From: Methylophaga sp.
Lineage (GTDB): Bacteria; Pseudomonadota; Gammaproteobacteria; Nitrosococcales; Methylophagaceae
Direction: 5' to 3'
Assembly (NCBI GenBank): GCA_965659475.1
Contig: CBFHWI010000005.1
Location: 801-64,800, forward strand
Length of the DNA stretch: 64,000 nt
Positions 17,155 through 28,035 of the stretch are shown piece after piece. How positions within the stretch are numbered: the stretch's first letter is position 1; each line of letters opens with the position of its first letter. The position numbers and the translations under genes were made by a program. The notes beneath the pieces were generated by a model. That model was not told where the DNA came from and made no database searches. It saw nothing but the letters and a program-made list of their open reading frames with translations.

Positions 17155-18372
17155 CTATAAAATCACGCCTAAAGTTTGATTGATTTGCGCCATTGTCTGA
17201 CCAATGGCGATTTCCAGCATTTGTATGCGGGCCCGATTATCGTTGGCCTCAGCTTCGACGCGAAGCAATGTCATTAAATCAATCTGACCAAATCCAAAAC
17301 TCTTTTGCTGACGCTCTAAATAAGCTTCGCTGACCGCATATTGTTTTCTAAGTATGTTCTGCTGCGCCTGTTGCGCTAGTAATTGATCCATCTGGGAAAT
17401 CAGCTGTGCTTCCAGCTCGGCTTTTAATTGCTGACGCTGAATTTCGACATCAGCCATGGCCTTGGCGGCTCCAGCAATTGCCGGCTCGCTAAAGGGTTTA
17501 TGACCCAGCGCCATAGTCACACCAATACCGAGACTATTGTTGAATGCTTCATTGCCGGCACCGCGCTCACGTTTGACACCTACTGACACGCTTGGATTAA
17601 CGGCACTCGCATATTTTGCATTATGCATTTCACTACGCAAAGTTGTCACTTGCTGACCCAGCTCCGCCAATAGCGGATGCTCGGCTGTGATTTCACGTTG
17701 TGGTGACAAGGCTTCTTCAACATCAACCGGCAAACTGCGCTGGCCGGTTTTATAGTGATATTGATTAATGGCTTTTTGCAGCAGGTTCTGAGCATGCTGC
17801 TGTTGGTTTTGCATCGACAGCAAATGACTTTCAGCTAATAATTGTTCGGTTTCTGGCAAATCACCTGCTGCAACGCGTTTATCGACAGTGTCTTTCAAGG
17901 CTTTGGCGTTGTCCAGCATAGTTTCGGCCTGGCGTACTTCGGCAGCGGCTTGCATCACCTGCCAAACATGCTGTCTGACGACAGCTGATGCCTGTAACCT
18001 TAAACGCTGCTGATAATAAGGCAGTTGATTGGCCAGTTCCTGTGACCAGTTTTGTTGCTGACGTTTTTGTCCCGGCAGCCATAACGGCATCGACACAGCA
18101 CTTTCATATTCACGAAGACCATCGCCACTGCCAATACCGTCATTAAAATGATTAAAGCTAATGGTTGCCGCCTCAGCAAACAAAGTCGAAGCACGCGTGT
18201 TACGGGCATCACTGAGATTTTGCAGGCTGCTTTCACCTTGCCGCGCCGGTTCTTTCTGGTAGACATAATTAGTCAGACTTTTCAGGGTCACGGCATCGTC
18301 AGCTATGACCGGCAAAACAACCAAGTTGGCAACAGCGGCAGCCATCGCCGTTATGAAAATTGCAGCGCGCAT
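17155..18372 (-). CDS. TolC/CzcC-family outer-membrane efflux protein
   Basis: Signal peptide, long helical OEP repeats, VAAGDL; downstream of an RND permease. Confidence 0.8.
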   Translation of the reverse strand: MRAAIFITAMAAAVANLVVLPVIADDAVTLKSLTNYVYQKEPARQGESSLQNLSDARNTRASTLFAEAATISFNHFNDGIGSGDGLREYESAVSMPLWLPGQKRQQQNWSQELANQLPYYQQRLRLQASAVVRQHVWQVMQAAAEVRQAETMLDNAKALKDTVDKRVAAGDLPETEQLLAESHLLSMQNQQQHAQNLLQKAINQYHYKTGQRSLPVDVEEALSPQREITAEHPLLAELGQQVTTLRSEMHNAKYASAVNPSVSVGVKRERGAGNEAFNNSLGIGVTMALGHKPFSEPAIAGAAKAMADVEIQRQQLKAELEAQLISQMDQLLAQQAQQNILRKQYAVSEAYLERQQKSFGFGQIDLMTLLRVEAEANDNRARIQMLEIAIGQTMAQINQTLGVIL

Positions 18373-18409
18373 ATTATTTTCCGTATCGTTTTTTTTATAG
18401 CCTAGCAGC

Positions 18410-21400
18410 TTAATAACTGGCTGGCATCAGTTTCCGGGCGATGCTTTCATGGATGGACAACAGCGCAGGGATCACCAGCAACACCAATATTGTGGCAAAC
18501 ATCAGTCCAAACGAAATTGAAACGGCCATCGGAATTAAAAATTGCGCCTGCCGGGATGTCTCGAATAATAACGGGCCAAGGCCGCCAATAGTGGTTAAAG
18601 ACGTTAACAACACAGCCCGCAAACGCAATACGGCAGCTTCAATAATGGCCATGTCGGTGTCCAGTCCTTGCTGGCGTAAATCTTTGAAAAAAGTTACCAG
18701 AATAATAGCGTTATTGACGACGATGCCAGACAAACCGAATATACCAAATAACGACAATATGGTTAAATCCAGTCCCATCAACCAGTGACCGCTAATGGCA
18801 CCGATAAGCCCAAACGGAATTGCCATCATCACGACCAACGGCCAGCCATAAGAGGCAAACACCCAGGCCAGGACAATATAAATCAATGCAAATGCCAGTA
18901 ACACACCCTGGCGCATATCGCCCAAGGTATCGGCCTGTTCTTCGGCGCGGCCTTCAAAGGCATACTGAATGCCGTATTGTGCCGCTAACTCGGGCAGAAA
19001 GTCTGCGTCTAAATCGGCCAAAATACGATTGTTATTATTAACATCCGCATCCACCGTTGCCGTGACATGCACTGCCAACTGCGCATTGGTATGCCGTAAT
19101 ACATCAAATCCACGCTGCGCTTCCAGCATCACCACCGACCCCAACGGTACGCTGCCACCATTGGGTAGTTGCAATTGTAATTGCTCTAACGTGGCCTGAG
19201 TGTTGCGCGCGGCTTCTGGCAACATCACCCGTACTTCAACTTCGTCATCACCATCCTGAAAAATTTGCACCAGCTGGCCATCAAACGCCGCGCGTAATTG
19301 CCGGCCAACATTGTCAACGGTCAGCCCCAAAACCTCGCCCTGCCCTTTGATCCGGTAAATCAATTGCTCTTGGCCATAAGGCATATCATCTTCAATGGCA
19401 CTGATGCCGGGATAAGTCTGTAATTGGCGGGCGACGTCCAGCGCAGCTTGTTTCAGGACCGGGGCCCTGGCACCGCTTAAACGAACATCAATATCACTAC
19501 CCGGTGGCCCACCACGCCTTTCCGAGAGGGTAAACGTTTCCATACCGGCAGGGATTTCAATCTGCTGTTGCCAGAGATTAATAAAATCCTGATTTCGCAT
19601 TTCACGTTTATCCGGTGAAATCAGCTCCAACTGCATCGAGACAAACCGTTCATCATTTTGACCACTACTACCACCGCCGGCGGTGCCCGCAGTACCGGCT
19701 TTGCTAACAGCCAGTTCGACCACATCTTGATCTAAGCCCTGCCGGGTTTGTTCTAGTGTTTGGTTTAAATGCGCTAAAAAAGCTTCGGCTTCAGATTGTG
19801 GTGTACCAGCCACAAATCGGGCGTTAGCCAAGACCGTGGTGCCTTCCGGCGAGGGGAAAAACGTAAAACTGATACGGCCGCCAGCCAATAACCCAATCAC
19901 CAGAATCAGCATGGCAAGGGCCAAACTCACCGTGATCCAACGGTTGGTCACCGCTTGAGTAACCACAGGCCGGAATAACTGGTCACGCAGGTAGTCAAAG
20001 CCGGTATCCAGCTTAAGTCTCAGTGCCGATGGCTTGACGTTGTGCATTTTTAAAAAGCTTTGACGTAAATGACCAGGCAAAATCAAAAAGCATTCGATTA
20101 ACGATGCAATGATGACGCAAATCACCACAAATGGAATATCAAACAAAATATTGCCAATAATGCCACTTATCAATATCAACGGAATGAATGAGGCGATGGT
20201 GGTCAAGGACGACGATAAAACTGGCGCCAGCATCCGGCGGGCACCGCCCTCAGAAGCACTCAGCGATGCTTCGCCTTTTTGAAAATGACTAAAGCTGTCT
20301 TCACCGACGACGATGGCATCATCGACAATAATCCCCAACGACATAATCAGTCCAAATAAACTGATCATATTGATGCTGCCGCCCAGTAAATACAGCACAA
20401 ACAGCGCGGCCATAAACGACACCGGAATACCCACCGCCACCCAGAAAGCGATACGGCCATGTAAAAACAGAAACAGTGTTGCCAACACTAAAACCAAGCC
20501 ACCAAGGCCGTTTTTCAGCAATAAATTAATGCGCTCTGCAATCAATTGCCAGCCGGCATCATAAACCTGCATATGCACGCCTTGTGGCAATTGCTGCTGA
20601 CGCTCAGCCAGCCAGTCTTCAAGAATTTGTGCAGATTTCAGCGAGTCAGCATTTTCGGTACGCTGTAATTCGATTTCAACAGCGGGCCGGCCTTCATGAA
20701 ACAAGGCAACCTGATTACGCATGGGCCGTCGTTCAATATCGGCGATATCCCCCAGCTTTACCAGGCCACCCTGAAAATCAGATCGCAGCGGTAGGTCAGC
20801 AAAGGCCTGTTCGCTACGGCGTTGATTCAGACTACGCAGTTGCCTGGCTGCTTCATCATTACCAACTTCACCCGCCGGTAAATCCTGACTCAGTGCGGCA
20901 ATGCGTGTCGCCACTTCATCAAAACTCATGCCCAGTGCGGCCAGATCGGCATTTTGCAGCTGAATGGCCATTTCTTCAGCAGGTAAACCACTGAGATTGA
21001 TGCGAGAAATGCCTTTGTCCAATAACTCACGCTCAAATTGCTGCGCCAGTTCACGCAGTTCTTCACGTTTACCATCAGTGCTCAACAAAACCCGTGCGAC
21101 CGTTTCATAACGGGCGATTAACGTGACTTCCGGTATTTCACTGTCAGATGGCAAGTTACGTAATTGTGCGACCTTGTCTTTGACCTGATCCAGCACTGGC
21201 CCCATATCGGTTTTTTCATAAAACTGCAGCGCGATAACGGCTCCGCCATACGATGATGTGGAGGTCATTTTTTTGACATAGTCAACGCTGCGTAATTCTT
21301 GTTCAACCTGACGGGTAATCGCTTCTTCCACATCCTCAGCACTCGCACCGCGCCAATCGATGCGAACATTAACGACATCCAGCGCAAAGGTCGGAAAAAA

Positions 21401-21523
21401 TTGGGTATTGAGCCGGTTCAGCGCCAAGATGCCGAGCAAAATCATTACCACCATCAGCAAATTGCTGGCTACCCGATGTTGGGCAAAAATGCCAATCAAA
21501 TCACGGTGGTGTTCGTTGATCAT
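18410..21523 (-). CDS. RND efflux permease
   Basis: 1037 aa, 12 TM pattern, GIIVDDAIVVGE, RLRAVLLTSLTT. Confidence 0.93.
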   Translation of the reverse strand: MINEHHRDLIGIFAQHRVASNLLMVVMILLGILALNRLNTQFFPTFALDVVNVRIDWRGASAEDVEEAITRQVEQELRSVDYVKKMTSTSSYGGAVIALQFYEKTDMGPVLDQVKDKVAQLRNLPSDSEIPEVTLIARYETVARVLLSTDGKREELRELAQQFERELLDKGISRINLSGLPAEEMAIQLQNADLAALGMSFDEVATRIAALSQDLPAGEVGNDEAARQLRSLNQRRSEQAFADLPLRSDFQGGLVKLGDIADIERRPMRNQVALFHEGRPAVEIELQRTENADSLKSAQILEDWLAERQQQLPQGVHMQVYDAGWQLIAERINLLLKNGLGGLVLVLATLFLFLHGRIAFWVAVGIPVSFMAALFVLYLLGGSINMISLFGLIMSLGIIVDDAIVVGEDSFSHFQKGEASLSASEGGARRMLAPVLSSSLTTIASFIPLILISGIIGNILFDIPFVVICVIIASLIECFLILPGHLRQSFLKMHNVKPSALRLKLDTGFDYLRDQLFRPVVTQAVTNRWITVSLALAMLILVIGLLAGGRISFTFFPSPEGTTVLANARFVAGTPQSEAEAFLAHLNQTLEQTRQGLDQDVVELAVSKAGTAGTAGGGSSGQNDERFVSMQLELISPDKREMRNQDFINLWQQQIEIPAGMETFTLSERRGGPPGSDIDVRLSGARAPVLKQAALDVARQLQTYPGISAIEDDMPYGQEQLIYRIKGQGEVLGLTVDNVGRQLRAAFDGQLVQIFQDGDDEVEVRVMLPEAARNTQATLEQLQLQLPNGGSVPLGSVVMLEAQRGFDVLRHTNAQLAVHVTATVDADVNNNNRILADLDADFLPELAAQYGIQYAFEGRAEEQADTLGDMRQGVLLAFALIYIVLAWVFASYGWPLVVMMAIPFGLIGAISGHWLMGLDLTILSLFGIFGLSGIVVNNAIILVTFFKDLRQQGLDTDMAIIEAAVLRLRAVLLTSLTTIGGLGPLLFETSRQAQFLIPMAVSISFGLMFATILVLLVIPALLSIHESIARKLMPASY

Positions 21524-22746
21524 TGTGGATCAACCAATAAACCGCTGATGGCATTGGGTAATTGTGTAGTGATAAGCCGGTCACCGTTATTTAAAGCCAG
21601 ACTACGGATTAATAATTGCTGTCGACCATCAGCTAATAAGCGTTCGCCGACTTTTTCAATCGTTAACGTTTCTAGGCGATCATCGGTCACCCGGTAAACG
21701 GTGTTCATGCCATACAGTGCCGTGAATGGCAAAGCAATTAAATCAGCCTGTGGCGGCAGCTTGAGTTGCAAACTGATAAAGCTGCCCAGCGCCAGAGACG
21801 CGGTATTTCCCTGTAATTGAAACAAGCCTTCACGACCACCGCTATCAGCCTGTACTGCACCGGCCAGCTGTCTTAACGCGAATCGATACTCCTGACCATT
21901 GACCTGCGCCGTCCCCATTACAGATTGGCCACTGTTAAAAGCCTGTTGCACGGCATTCAGATAGCGTGATGGAATCAAAGCCCGTAATTCCAGTTGCTGC
22001 GGATCGTACAGTTGCAGCAGCGGGTCACCGGCTCTGACCCGCTCGCCAATCGCCACCTGAATATCAGCGATCCGGCCAGCGAAAGGCGCGCGAATTTTAG
22101 TGCGCCTTACATCAACTTCAGCCTGATCCAACAAGGCTTCGGCACGTTGCAGGGACGCTTTCAGTGCGGCAATTCGCAGCGGTTGATCGGTAATGGCAAA
22201 TTGTAATTGTTGCAAAGATAACTGTTGTTGCTGCTGACTGATCGCTGCTTCGTCAATTAAAGCTTGTGACCCCAGTTTACGATCTTGCAGCGTTTGCGCC
22301 CGCTCGACAGCTTTACGGGTCAAATCCAGTAATGTTTGCTGGGTGGCTAACAAAGCCCTGTTATTTTTTAACTGCGCTTGTTCAGTAGCAATCTGTGCAT
22401 TAATTTCCGCCACATCTGCTTCGCGTTGCCGGCGCAAAATATCTGCCTCGGTATCATCCAGACTAAGTAACAGGCTATCACTGTTGATTGTGTCACCTTC
22501 CAACACATGTAAGGTTTTAACATCCGCTTCAACAGCAGCAGTCAACGTACTGGCTACCGGTGATTCCAGCCGGCCATATAACATGACTTCCGGTGACAGA
22601 CTTTGTTTGCTGACAGTGATGGTTTTAACCTTAACAGCGGGTGTCTGGCGGGCTTTTGCAGGTGTTGTTGGCACACTGTTTTTCAGCCAGACAAAGCCAG
22701 CAATTGCTATTGCCACAATAATGACCGCTACCAAACCACGCCGCAT
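21520..22746 (-). CDS. RND periplasmic adaptor (MFP)
   Basis: N-terminal anchor, lipoyl halves (VLEGD, IRAPFAGRI), long coiled coil. Confidence 0.9.
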   Translation of the reverse strand: MRRGLVAVIIVAIAIAGFVWLKNSVPTTPAKARQTPAVKVKTITVSKQSLSPEVMLYGRLESPVASTLTAAVEADVKTLHVLEGDTINSDSLLLSLDDTEADILRRQREADVAEINAQIATEQAQLKNNRALLATQQTLLDLTRKAVERAQTLQDRKLGSQALIDEAAISQQQQQLSLQQLQFAITDQPLRIAALKASLQRAEALLDQAEVDVRRTKIRAPFAGRIADIQVAIGERVRAGDPLLQLYDPQQLELRALIPSRYLNAVQQAFNSGQSVMGTAQVNGQEYRFALRQLAGAVQADSGGREGLFQLQGNTASLALGSFISLQLKLPPQADLIALPFTALYGMNTVYRVTDDRLETLTIEKVGERLLADGRQQLLIRSLALNNGDRLITTQLPNAISGLLVDPQ

Positions 22747-22755
22747 AGGATTTCC

Positions 22756-25620
22756 TTAATTTGTGACACTTTGATCTGCTTCGGTGACAATCACCACGCG
22801 GATCGCATCAAGTCGCCACTGTGCCGTTTTAATGGCTTTAACAGTATCCGTTTTAATTTTTTGCAAATAGGCAATTTCTGCCGACCGGATATTGTTATTA
22901 CGTTTGGCCAGTTGCTGTAAACGGTTCAACTCATTATCAAGTAATTGTTCAGCATTGTGTAAGGCATTGTTCACCCATTGCGCTGTTAAGGTATCCACTC
23001 GCTGAGCAGATTTGGCAATTAAATTTTCGATGCGTGAACGTGCATGGCTGACCAACTGCCGGATTGTAGCTTTGGGAATCCGACCAGCAAGACGTGCCAA
23101 TTGTTCATGTGGGAAAGCTTCACTGAAATCCTGACCTTGTTCATTGACCAGTAAACGTTGAAATTGCTGCGATAAAAAGCGTGGAACTTGCAATGACGCT
23201 GGCGCGCTGACTTCAAAGCTGAATATCGCCTCAAGCAATAAACTACCCGCTGGTATAGTGTCACTGGCCAACGTACAAAAAGCGGTATTCCCCATGTCGC
23301 TGCTGATGACGGCATCCAAAGCACTACTGACCAACGGATGTTCCCAAGTCAAAAAAGCCATATCTTCACGGGCCAGCGCTTTATGACGCTGATAAGTGCC
23401 GGTAATGCCATCTTCGGGCAAACCAGGCAAATCATGCTGCAGCATTTGGTCGCCGGCCTGTAAAATAATACTATCGGTACTGTGCACTTGCTGTTCAATA
23501 CCGAACGCATCACAAAAATCTGACACAAAATCAGCCAATTCCATGGGCCGGCTGGCAGCATCCACTTCGGCCAGAATTTGCTCCGCTTTAAGCGCATCAA
23601 AAGAATGCCATTCCAGTAATTTATCGCGGCCCTGCTGCAAGGCTTTATTAAGCGTGTCACGCCGTTTTGCAGTCGCTTGGATAAGCTGCGCTGCCGCAGC
23701 TTCATCAGCCGGTTCAAGCAGCAGCATGCTCAGTGGCTCAATAAATTCTTCCAACAAGACTTCACCGGTTTTTTGCACTTGCTCAAAACCATTAATGCCC
23801 TGGTGATACCAATCCAATAAACGCTGTTGAGCAGTGTTTTGGTAAAACGGTGCATGAATGATGACAGTTTGTCGTTGGCCAATCCGATCCAGGCGGCCAA
23901 TGCGTTGTTCCAGTAAGTCTGGACTGGCTGGCAAATCAAAACAAATCAACTGATGACAAAACTGGAAGTTACGCCCTTCACTGCCGATTTCCGAGCAGAT
24001 CAAAATTTGCGCGCCATCGTCATCATCTGCAAAATAAGCTGCCGCCCGATCCCGGTTGACCAGCGACATGCCTTCATGAAAAACGGCACTGCGGATGCCA
24101 TGGCGAACCCGCAAAAACTGTTCGAGTTGTTCGGCAGTCGATGCAAGTCCGCAAATCAGCAGCAACTTCTGGCCACGTTGCTGTTTTAATAATTCAAGCA
24201 GCCAGGCCACCCGCGCATCGATTTGCAGCCAATCCTCACCCAGCACTGTTTCCGGATGCAAACTCCGCTGGAAATCACTGGCAACGTCATCCGGCCAGTC
24301 CAAAGCATGGGTAATTAACTGCCGTTCTGGAAAGCCACTAATAGCATCGCGGCTATTACGGAATAACAACCGGCCGGTGCCAAATTGATCCAGTAATTGA
24401 CAACGCGCCTGATTTTTCGCCCCGGTAAACTGTTCACCTTGCTGTAATTGTCCGATTAACTCAGCATCAAGTTTGTCAGCTAAAGCGGTTTGCAGTGACT
24501 TATCTTCAGCAAACGCATCGGCGTCTTGTATCGCCAGCAGGCGTGTTAATAAATCGCTGATCTCTGCGTATTGCTCCTGTTCTTGTTCAAACGCAGCGAG
24601 ATCATGATAACGCTGCGGATCCAGCAAACGTAGCCGGGCAAAATGGCCGGCAAGGCCCAGTTGTTGTGGTGTTGCAGTTAACAGCAACACACTGGCAATT
24701 TGCCCTGCAAGATCGGCAATCAGTTGATATTCCGGGCTTATCGCATCTGGCTGCCAATGTAAATGATGTGCCTCATCAACAATCAACATATCCCATTCAG
24801 CGGCTTTGACCGCTTGTTGCATGGTGCTATCTGCCTGCAAACTCTGCAATGACATCAATATCAGTTGACTGCTGTCGAATGGATTGATGTCCTCATCTTC
24901 CTGCAGTGCGGCAAATCGTTCAGCGTCAATAATGGTAAATGCCAGATTGAAGCGGCGCAGCATTTCCACCAGCCATTGATGCAGTAAAGATTCCGGCACA
25001 ATAATCAGCGCTCGGTGAGCACGTCCGGTGAGCAATTGTTGATGCAAAATCAGGCCAGCTTCAATCGTTTTACCCAGGCCGACTTCATCAGCCAGCAATA
25101 CCCGCGGCGCATGACGCTGGCCGACTTCGGCAGCAATATAAAACTGATGCGGTAATAATTGCGCGCGAGCCCCGATCAGGCCGTAGAGCAGACTTTGCCG
25201 GACCTGATGATGATGCGACAAGGCTTTCAGCCGCAAATTAAAGATATAGTTTTTATCAATCTGCCCGGCAAATAAACGTTGCTGCGGTTCACTGAACTGT
25301 ACGGCGCTGTCTAACTGCATTTCATGAATGGTATGCAGTTCGTCATCGGAATCAGCTGCCAAGTACACCCAGCAGCCATTGATTTGCTGCAATTGCTGCA
25401 CCGTCAGTTTGCGACCGTCGGCATCCTTGAAATGATCCCCAATCTGATAACTGACGCGACTTAATGGCGCATTATCAATAGCATACGTGCGGCTGGTTTC
25501 TGCAGCGGGATATTCCACCTGCAGGCGCCGACCGTCTATGGCGGCAACTATCCCCAAACCCAATTCTGCTTCGCTGTGGCTGACCCAGCGCTGACCTATT
25601 GCATATTCACTATCTGACAA
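22756..25620 (-). CDS. rapA: RNA polymerase-associated SWI2/SNF2 ATPase RapA
   Basis: GQRWVSHSEAELGLG, LLADEVGLGKTIEAG, DEAHHL, SEIGSEGRNFQF, EQRIGRLDRIGQ; likely TTG start at 25620. Confidence 0.95.
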   Translation of the reverse strand: MSDSEYAIGQRWVSHSEAELGLGIVAAIDGRRLQVEYPAAETSRTYAIDNAPLSRVSYQIGDHFKDADGRKLTVQQLQQINGCWVYLAADSDDELHTIHEMQLDSAVQFSEPQQRLFAGQIDKNYIFNLRLKALSHHHQVRQSLLYGLIGARAQLLPHQFYIAAEVGQRHAPRVLLADEVGLGKTIEAGLILHQQLLTGRAHRALIIVPESLLHQWLVEMLRRFNLAFTIIDAERFAALQEDEDINPFDSSQLILMSLQSLQADSTMQQAVKAAEWDMLIVDEAHHLHWQPDAISPEYQLIADLAGQIASVLLLTATPQQLGLAGHFARLRLLDPQRYHDLAAFEQEQEQYAEISDLLTRLLAIQDADAFAEDKSLQTALADKLDAELIGQLQQGEQFTGAKNQARCQLLDQFGTGRLLFRNSRDAISGFPERQLITHALDWPDDVASDFQRSLHPETVLGEDWLQIDARVAWLLELLKQQRGQKLLLICGLASTAEQLEQFLRVRHGIRSAVFHEGMSLVNRDRAAAYFADDDDGAQILICSEIGSEGRNFQFCHQLICFDLPASPDLLEQRIGRLDRIGQRQTVIIHAPFYQNTAQQRLLDWYHQGINGFEQVQKTGEVLLEEFIEPLSMLLLEPADEAAAAQLIQATAKRRDTLNKALQQGRDKLLEWHSFDALKAEQILAEVDAASRPMELADFVSDFCDAFGIEQQVHSTDSIILQAGDQMLQHDLPGLPEDGITGTYQRHKALAREDMAFLTWEHPLVSSALDAVISSDMGNTAFCTLASDTIPAGSLLLEAIFSFEVSAPASLQVPRFLSQQFQRLLVNEQGQDFSEAFPHEQLARLAGRIPKATIRQLVSHARSRIENLIAKSAQRVDTLTAQWVNNALHNAEQLLDNELNRLQQLAKRNNNIRSAEIAYLQKIKTDTVKAIKTAQWRLDAIRVVIVTEADQSVTN

Positions 25621-25788
25621 ACTAACTTCCTGATGAAATAACGCCATTCCCAACAGTGGGTAAGGCAATGGCTTATTTATTTTTCAGCTCATAACAGCGG
25701 CGGAGATGAAAGATAAACAAGCTCAAAATCCAGTATGGTAAATTGTCGGCATGTTTTTTCCTATAGCCAAAGCCGCTGCCACTGATAA

Positions 25789-26364
25789 ATGACCAGCAAT
25801 TTTCAAGTGTTAGCTGATATCACCAGCGTTGACAGTGAAGTCAAAAAATCGCGCTTTATCGCCGTTGCCATGCCTTGTGAATCAGAGCAACAAGCATTGC
25901 AACAATTACGCAAATTGGCGGCGCAACATGCCAATGCCAATCATTTGGCGTTTGCCTGGCGCATCCGCCAGCCTGAGGGGTTTATCACCGAACGCTTTTA
26001 TGATGCCGGTGAACCATCAGGCACTGCGGGCAGACCGATTCTGGCGCCGATGCAAGGCGAAAATTTAATTAATGCGGTCGTTGCCGTCATTCGATATTTT
26101 GGTGGCATTAAACTCGGTACGGGCGGTTTGACCCGCGCCTATGGCAATGCCGCCAAGCAAGCGTTAGCAGCGGCTACATTACAGCCGTTTGTGGCCATGC
26201 GGCAATTAACGCTGACAATTGATTACAGTCAGTTGCAAATGCTCGAATACCAATTAAAACAGTGCAATGGGCACATCATCGATCAGCAATTTACCGACAA
26301 TGTGACGTTGCTTATCAGCCTGCCAACCAGCGCAGCAAAGGCGATTCAACAGCAATTTTCCTAA
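25789..26364 (+). CDS. yigZ: YigZ/IMPACT family protein
   Basis: VKKSRFI, DAGEPSGTAGRPIL, IRYFGGIKLGTGGL. Confidence 0.9.
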   Translation: MTSNFQVLADITSVDSEVKKSRFIAVAMPCESEQQALQQLRKLAAQHANANHLAFAWRIRQPEGFITERFYDAGEPSGTAGRPILAPMQGENLINAVVAVIRYFGGIKLGTGGLTRAYGNAAKQALAAATLQPFVAMRQLTLTIDYSQLQMLEYQLKQCNGHIIDQQFTDNVTLLISLPTSAAKAIQQQFS

Positions 26365-27002
26365 ACGCTGAAAACCACTAACCTGCAGTCCTGGCGACAT
26401 TTGCTAAAACCAAAACGTTGGGCCATCTGCGGCAAATAATCGACATGATAGAAAAACACATGCGTTGGATCGTTTTTGTAATACCAGTTAGCAAAATCTA
26501 CTGTTTGTGAGAACAGATCGGTCATGCAATACAGGCTGCCACCCGGCTTTAATAAAGTACGTAAGCGTGCAAACTCAAGTGCAGGTTGATGAAAATGCTC
26601 GATAACTTCACAGCTGATAATAAAATCATATTTACCGTTTAATGCATTGATATTATTATGAAAAAATGGGTCATAAAGTGTGATTTTATAACCATTCTGA
26701 GTCAACTGATGGCTGATGACCGGCCCCGGACCAGCACCAAAATCAAGACCGGTTTTATCTGGGGTTTGCTCAGCTAAAATCGCTTGCGTCACCGTCGACA
26801 CAAATGCCTGATAGCGCATGTCATCGACATCGTTGTTATGGGTTAAATACAGTGCTTTTTCACGTTCGGCATCGGGCAATTGTTGTGCGGCAACTTGTAT
26901 TGATTGACAGCCACTACATTGTAAAAACGTCCGGCTGCGGCTCTCGATATAAAAATTTGCCGGTGCCTGACACAGCCGGCAAAGTTCTGTACTTGTTGTC
27001 AA
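26361..27002 (-). CDS. Class I SAM-dependent methyltransferase with N-terminal CxxC...CxxC zinc site
   Basis: CRLC/CSGC, LDFGAGPG, EVIEHF, YYKNDPTH; TTG start overlaps the upstream stop codon. Confidence 0.85.
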   Translation of the reverse strand: MTTSTELCRLCQAPANFYIESRSRTFLQCSGCQSIQVAAQQLPDAEREKALYLTHNNDVDDMRYQAFVSTVTQAILAEQTPDKTGLDFGAGPGPVISHQLTQNGYKITLYDPFFHNNINALNGKYDFIISCEVIEHFHQPALEFARLRTLLKPGGSLYCMTDLFSQTVDFANWYYKNDPTHVFFYHVDYLPQMAQRFGFSKCRQDCRLVVFSV

Positions 27003-27718
27003 AATGGGATAAAGCTGGCAACCAGACCCAGTAAACCACCAAACACCCCACCCCAAATCACCAGCCAGCCTAAATGCTGACGGATCATTTGCTGGATGAT
27101 GTCTTTCACCATTTCCGGTGTCAGTTCATCAAGGCGTTGATGGACAATCTGTGATATCTGCTGATGCAGGCTGTCGGCACTGCTGCCCTGCCCCAGTTGC
27201 ACTTTCAGGCGCTGCTGAAAATCGTCGCTATGGGCAATATCATTTAAGGCCTGCTGGATCTTACTGATGAATGGTGTTTTTAACGGTTCCAGCGCTTTAT
27301 CACCACCGAACATCGACAACATACTGCCAAATGATGATGCTTTAATCGTATCAATCAACGACTGCCAGGCCGGTGTTAAATCAGCAGATTCAATAATCGC
27401 TTCGAGGTTGAGGTGCTGCGATTCGCGGCCATGTAAATCGTCGATAAAGCGACTGATCTGCGCCGGATGAAAAAATTCCTGCATCACCAGATCTTCAATC
27501 GCTTGGCGAAACGCCGTAAATTTAGCGGCGATGACCCCCGATCCATAAAGGCCGGGGATCTTCTCAAACAGCATATGAATCGCTAACCAGTTGGTCAAAC
27601 CGCCGGCCAAAGCAAATAAGCCGGTCGTTAATACCGGTTCCCGCCACGGCGCCGGTAACCATAACCCCACACCAACCACTGCTGCTGCAATCAGATTGGT
27701 TAACAGACTTTTGTTCAT
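26999..27718 (-). CDS. DUF445 family membrane protein
   Basis: GLFALAGGLTNWLAIHMLFEKIP, HLGWLVIWGGVFGG. Confidence 0.85.
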   Translation of the reverse strand: MNKSLLTNLIAAAVVGVGLWLPAPWREPVLTTGLFALAGGLTNWLAIHMLFEKIPGLYGSGVIAAKFTAFRQAIEDLVMQEFFHPAQISRFIDDLHGRESQHLNLEAIIESADLTPAWQSLIDTIKASSFGSMLSMFGGDKALEPLKTPFISKIQQALNDIAHSDDFQQRLKVQLGQGSSADSLHQQISQIVHQRLDELTPEMVKDIIQQMIRQHLGWLVIWGGVFGGLLGLVASFIPF

Positions 27719-27728
27719 AGGCGCGGTA

Positions 27729-28013
27729 TCAGTCTTTAATCCAGCCCGTTAAAGCGGTGACAATTTGCTGCGCCTGATCCTTGCTGGAAATATTAAATTT
27801 CGAGCGCTGGCCGTATTCGCCATTGCGTTTTTGATAACGGCGAATCGTGTATTTATCAGGGCCAAATTCACCGGTTTTGCGATCCAGATCCTGATAGCGA
27901 AACATGACTGTCGCCCAGGCGCCTTTGGATAAAACGACCTTATCCAGCTCCTTAACGGTCATTAATTCGCCTTCTTGATAGGTCACGGTTAAGTCATCAA
28001 CTGTTTCTGACAT
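27729..28013 (-). CDS. Conserved small hypothetical protein
   Basis: AAGGA RBS, operon spacing, KELDKVVLSKGAWAT...IRRYQKRNG..SKFNISS. Confidence 0.75.
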   Translation of the reverse strand: MSETVDDLTVTYQEGELMTVKELDKVVLSKGAWATVMFRYQDLDRKTGEFGPDKYTIRRYQKRNGEYGQRSKFNISSKDQAQQIVTALTGWIKD

Positions 28014-28035
28014 AGTTTGGGTATTTCCTTAGTTC

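Noticed and set aside
17155-22746. TolC and MFP as the Lap type I secretion system
   Set aside because: The inner-membrane partner is an RND permease, not an ABC transporter
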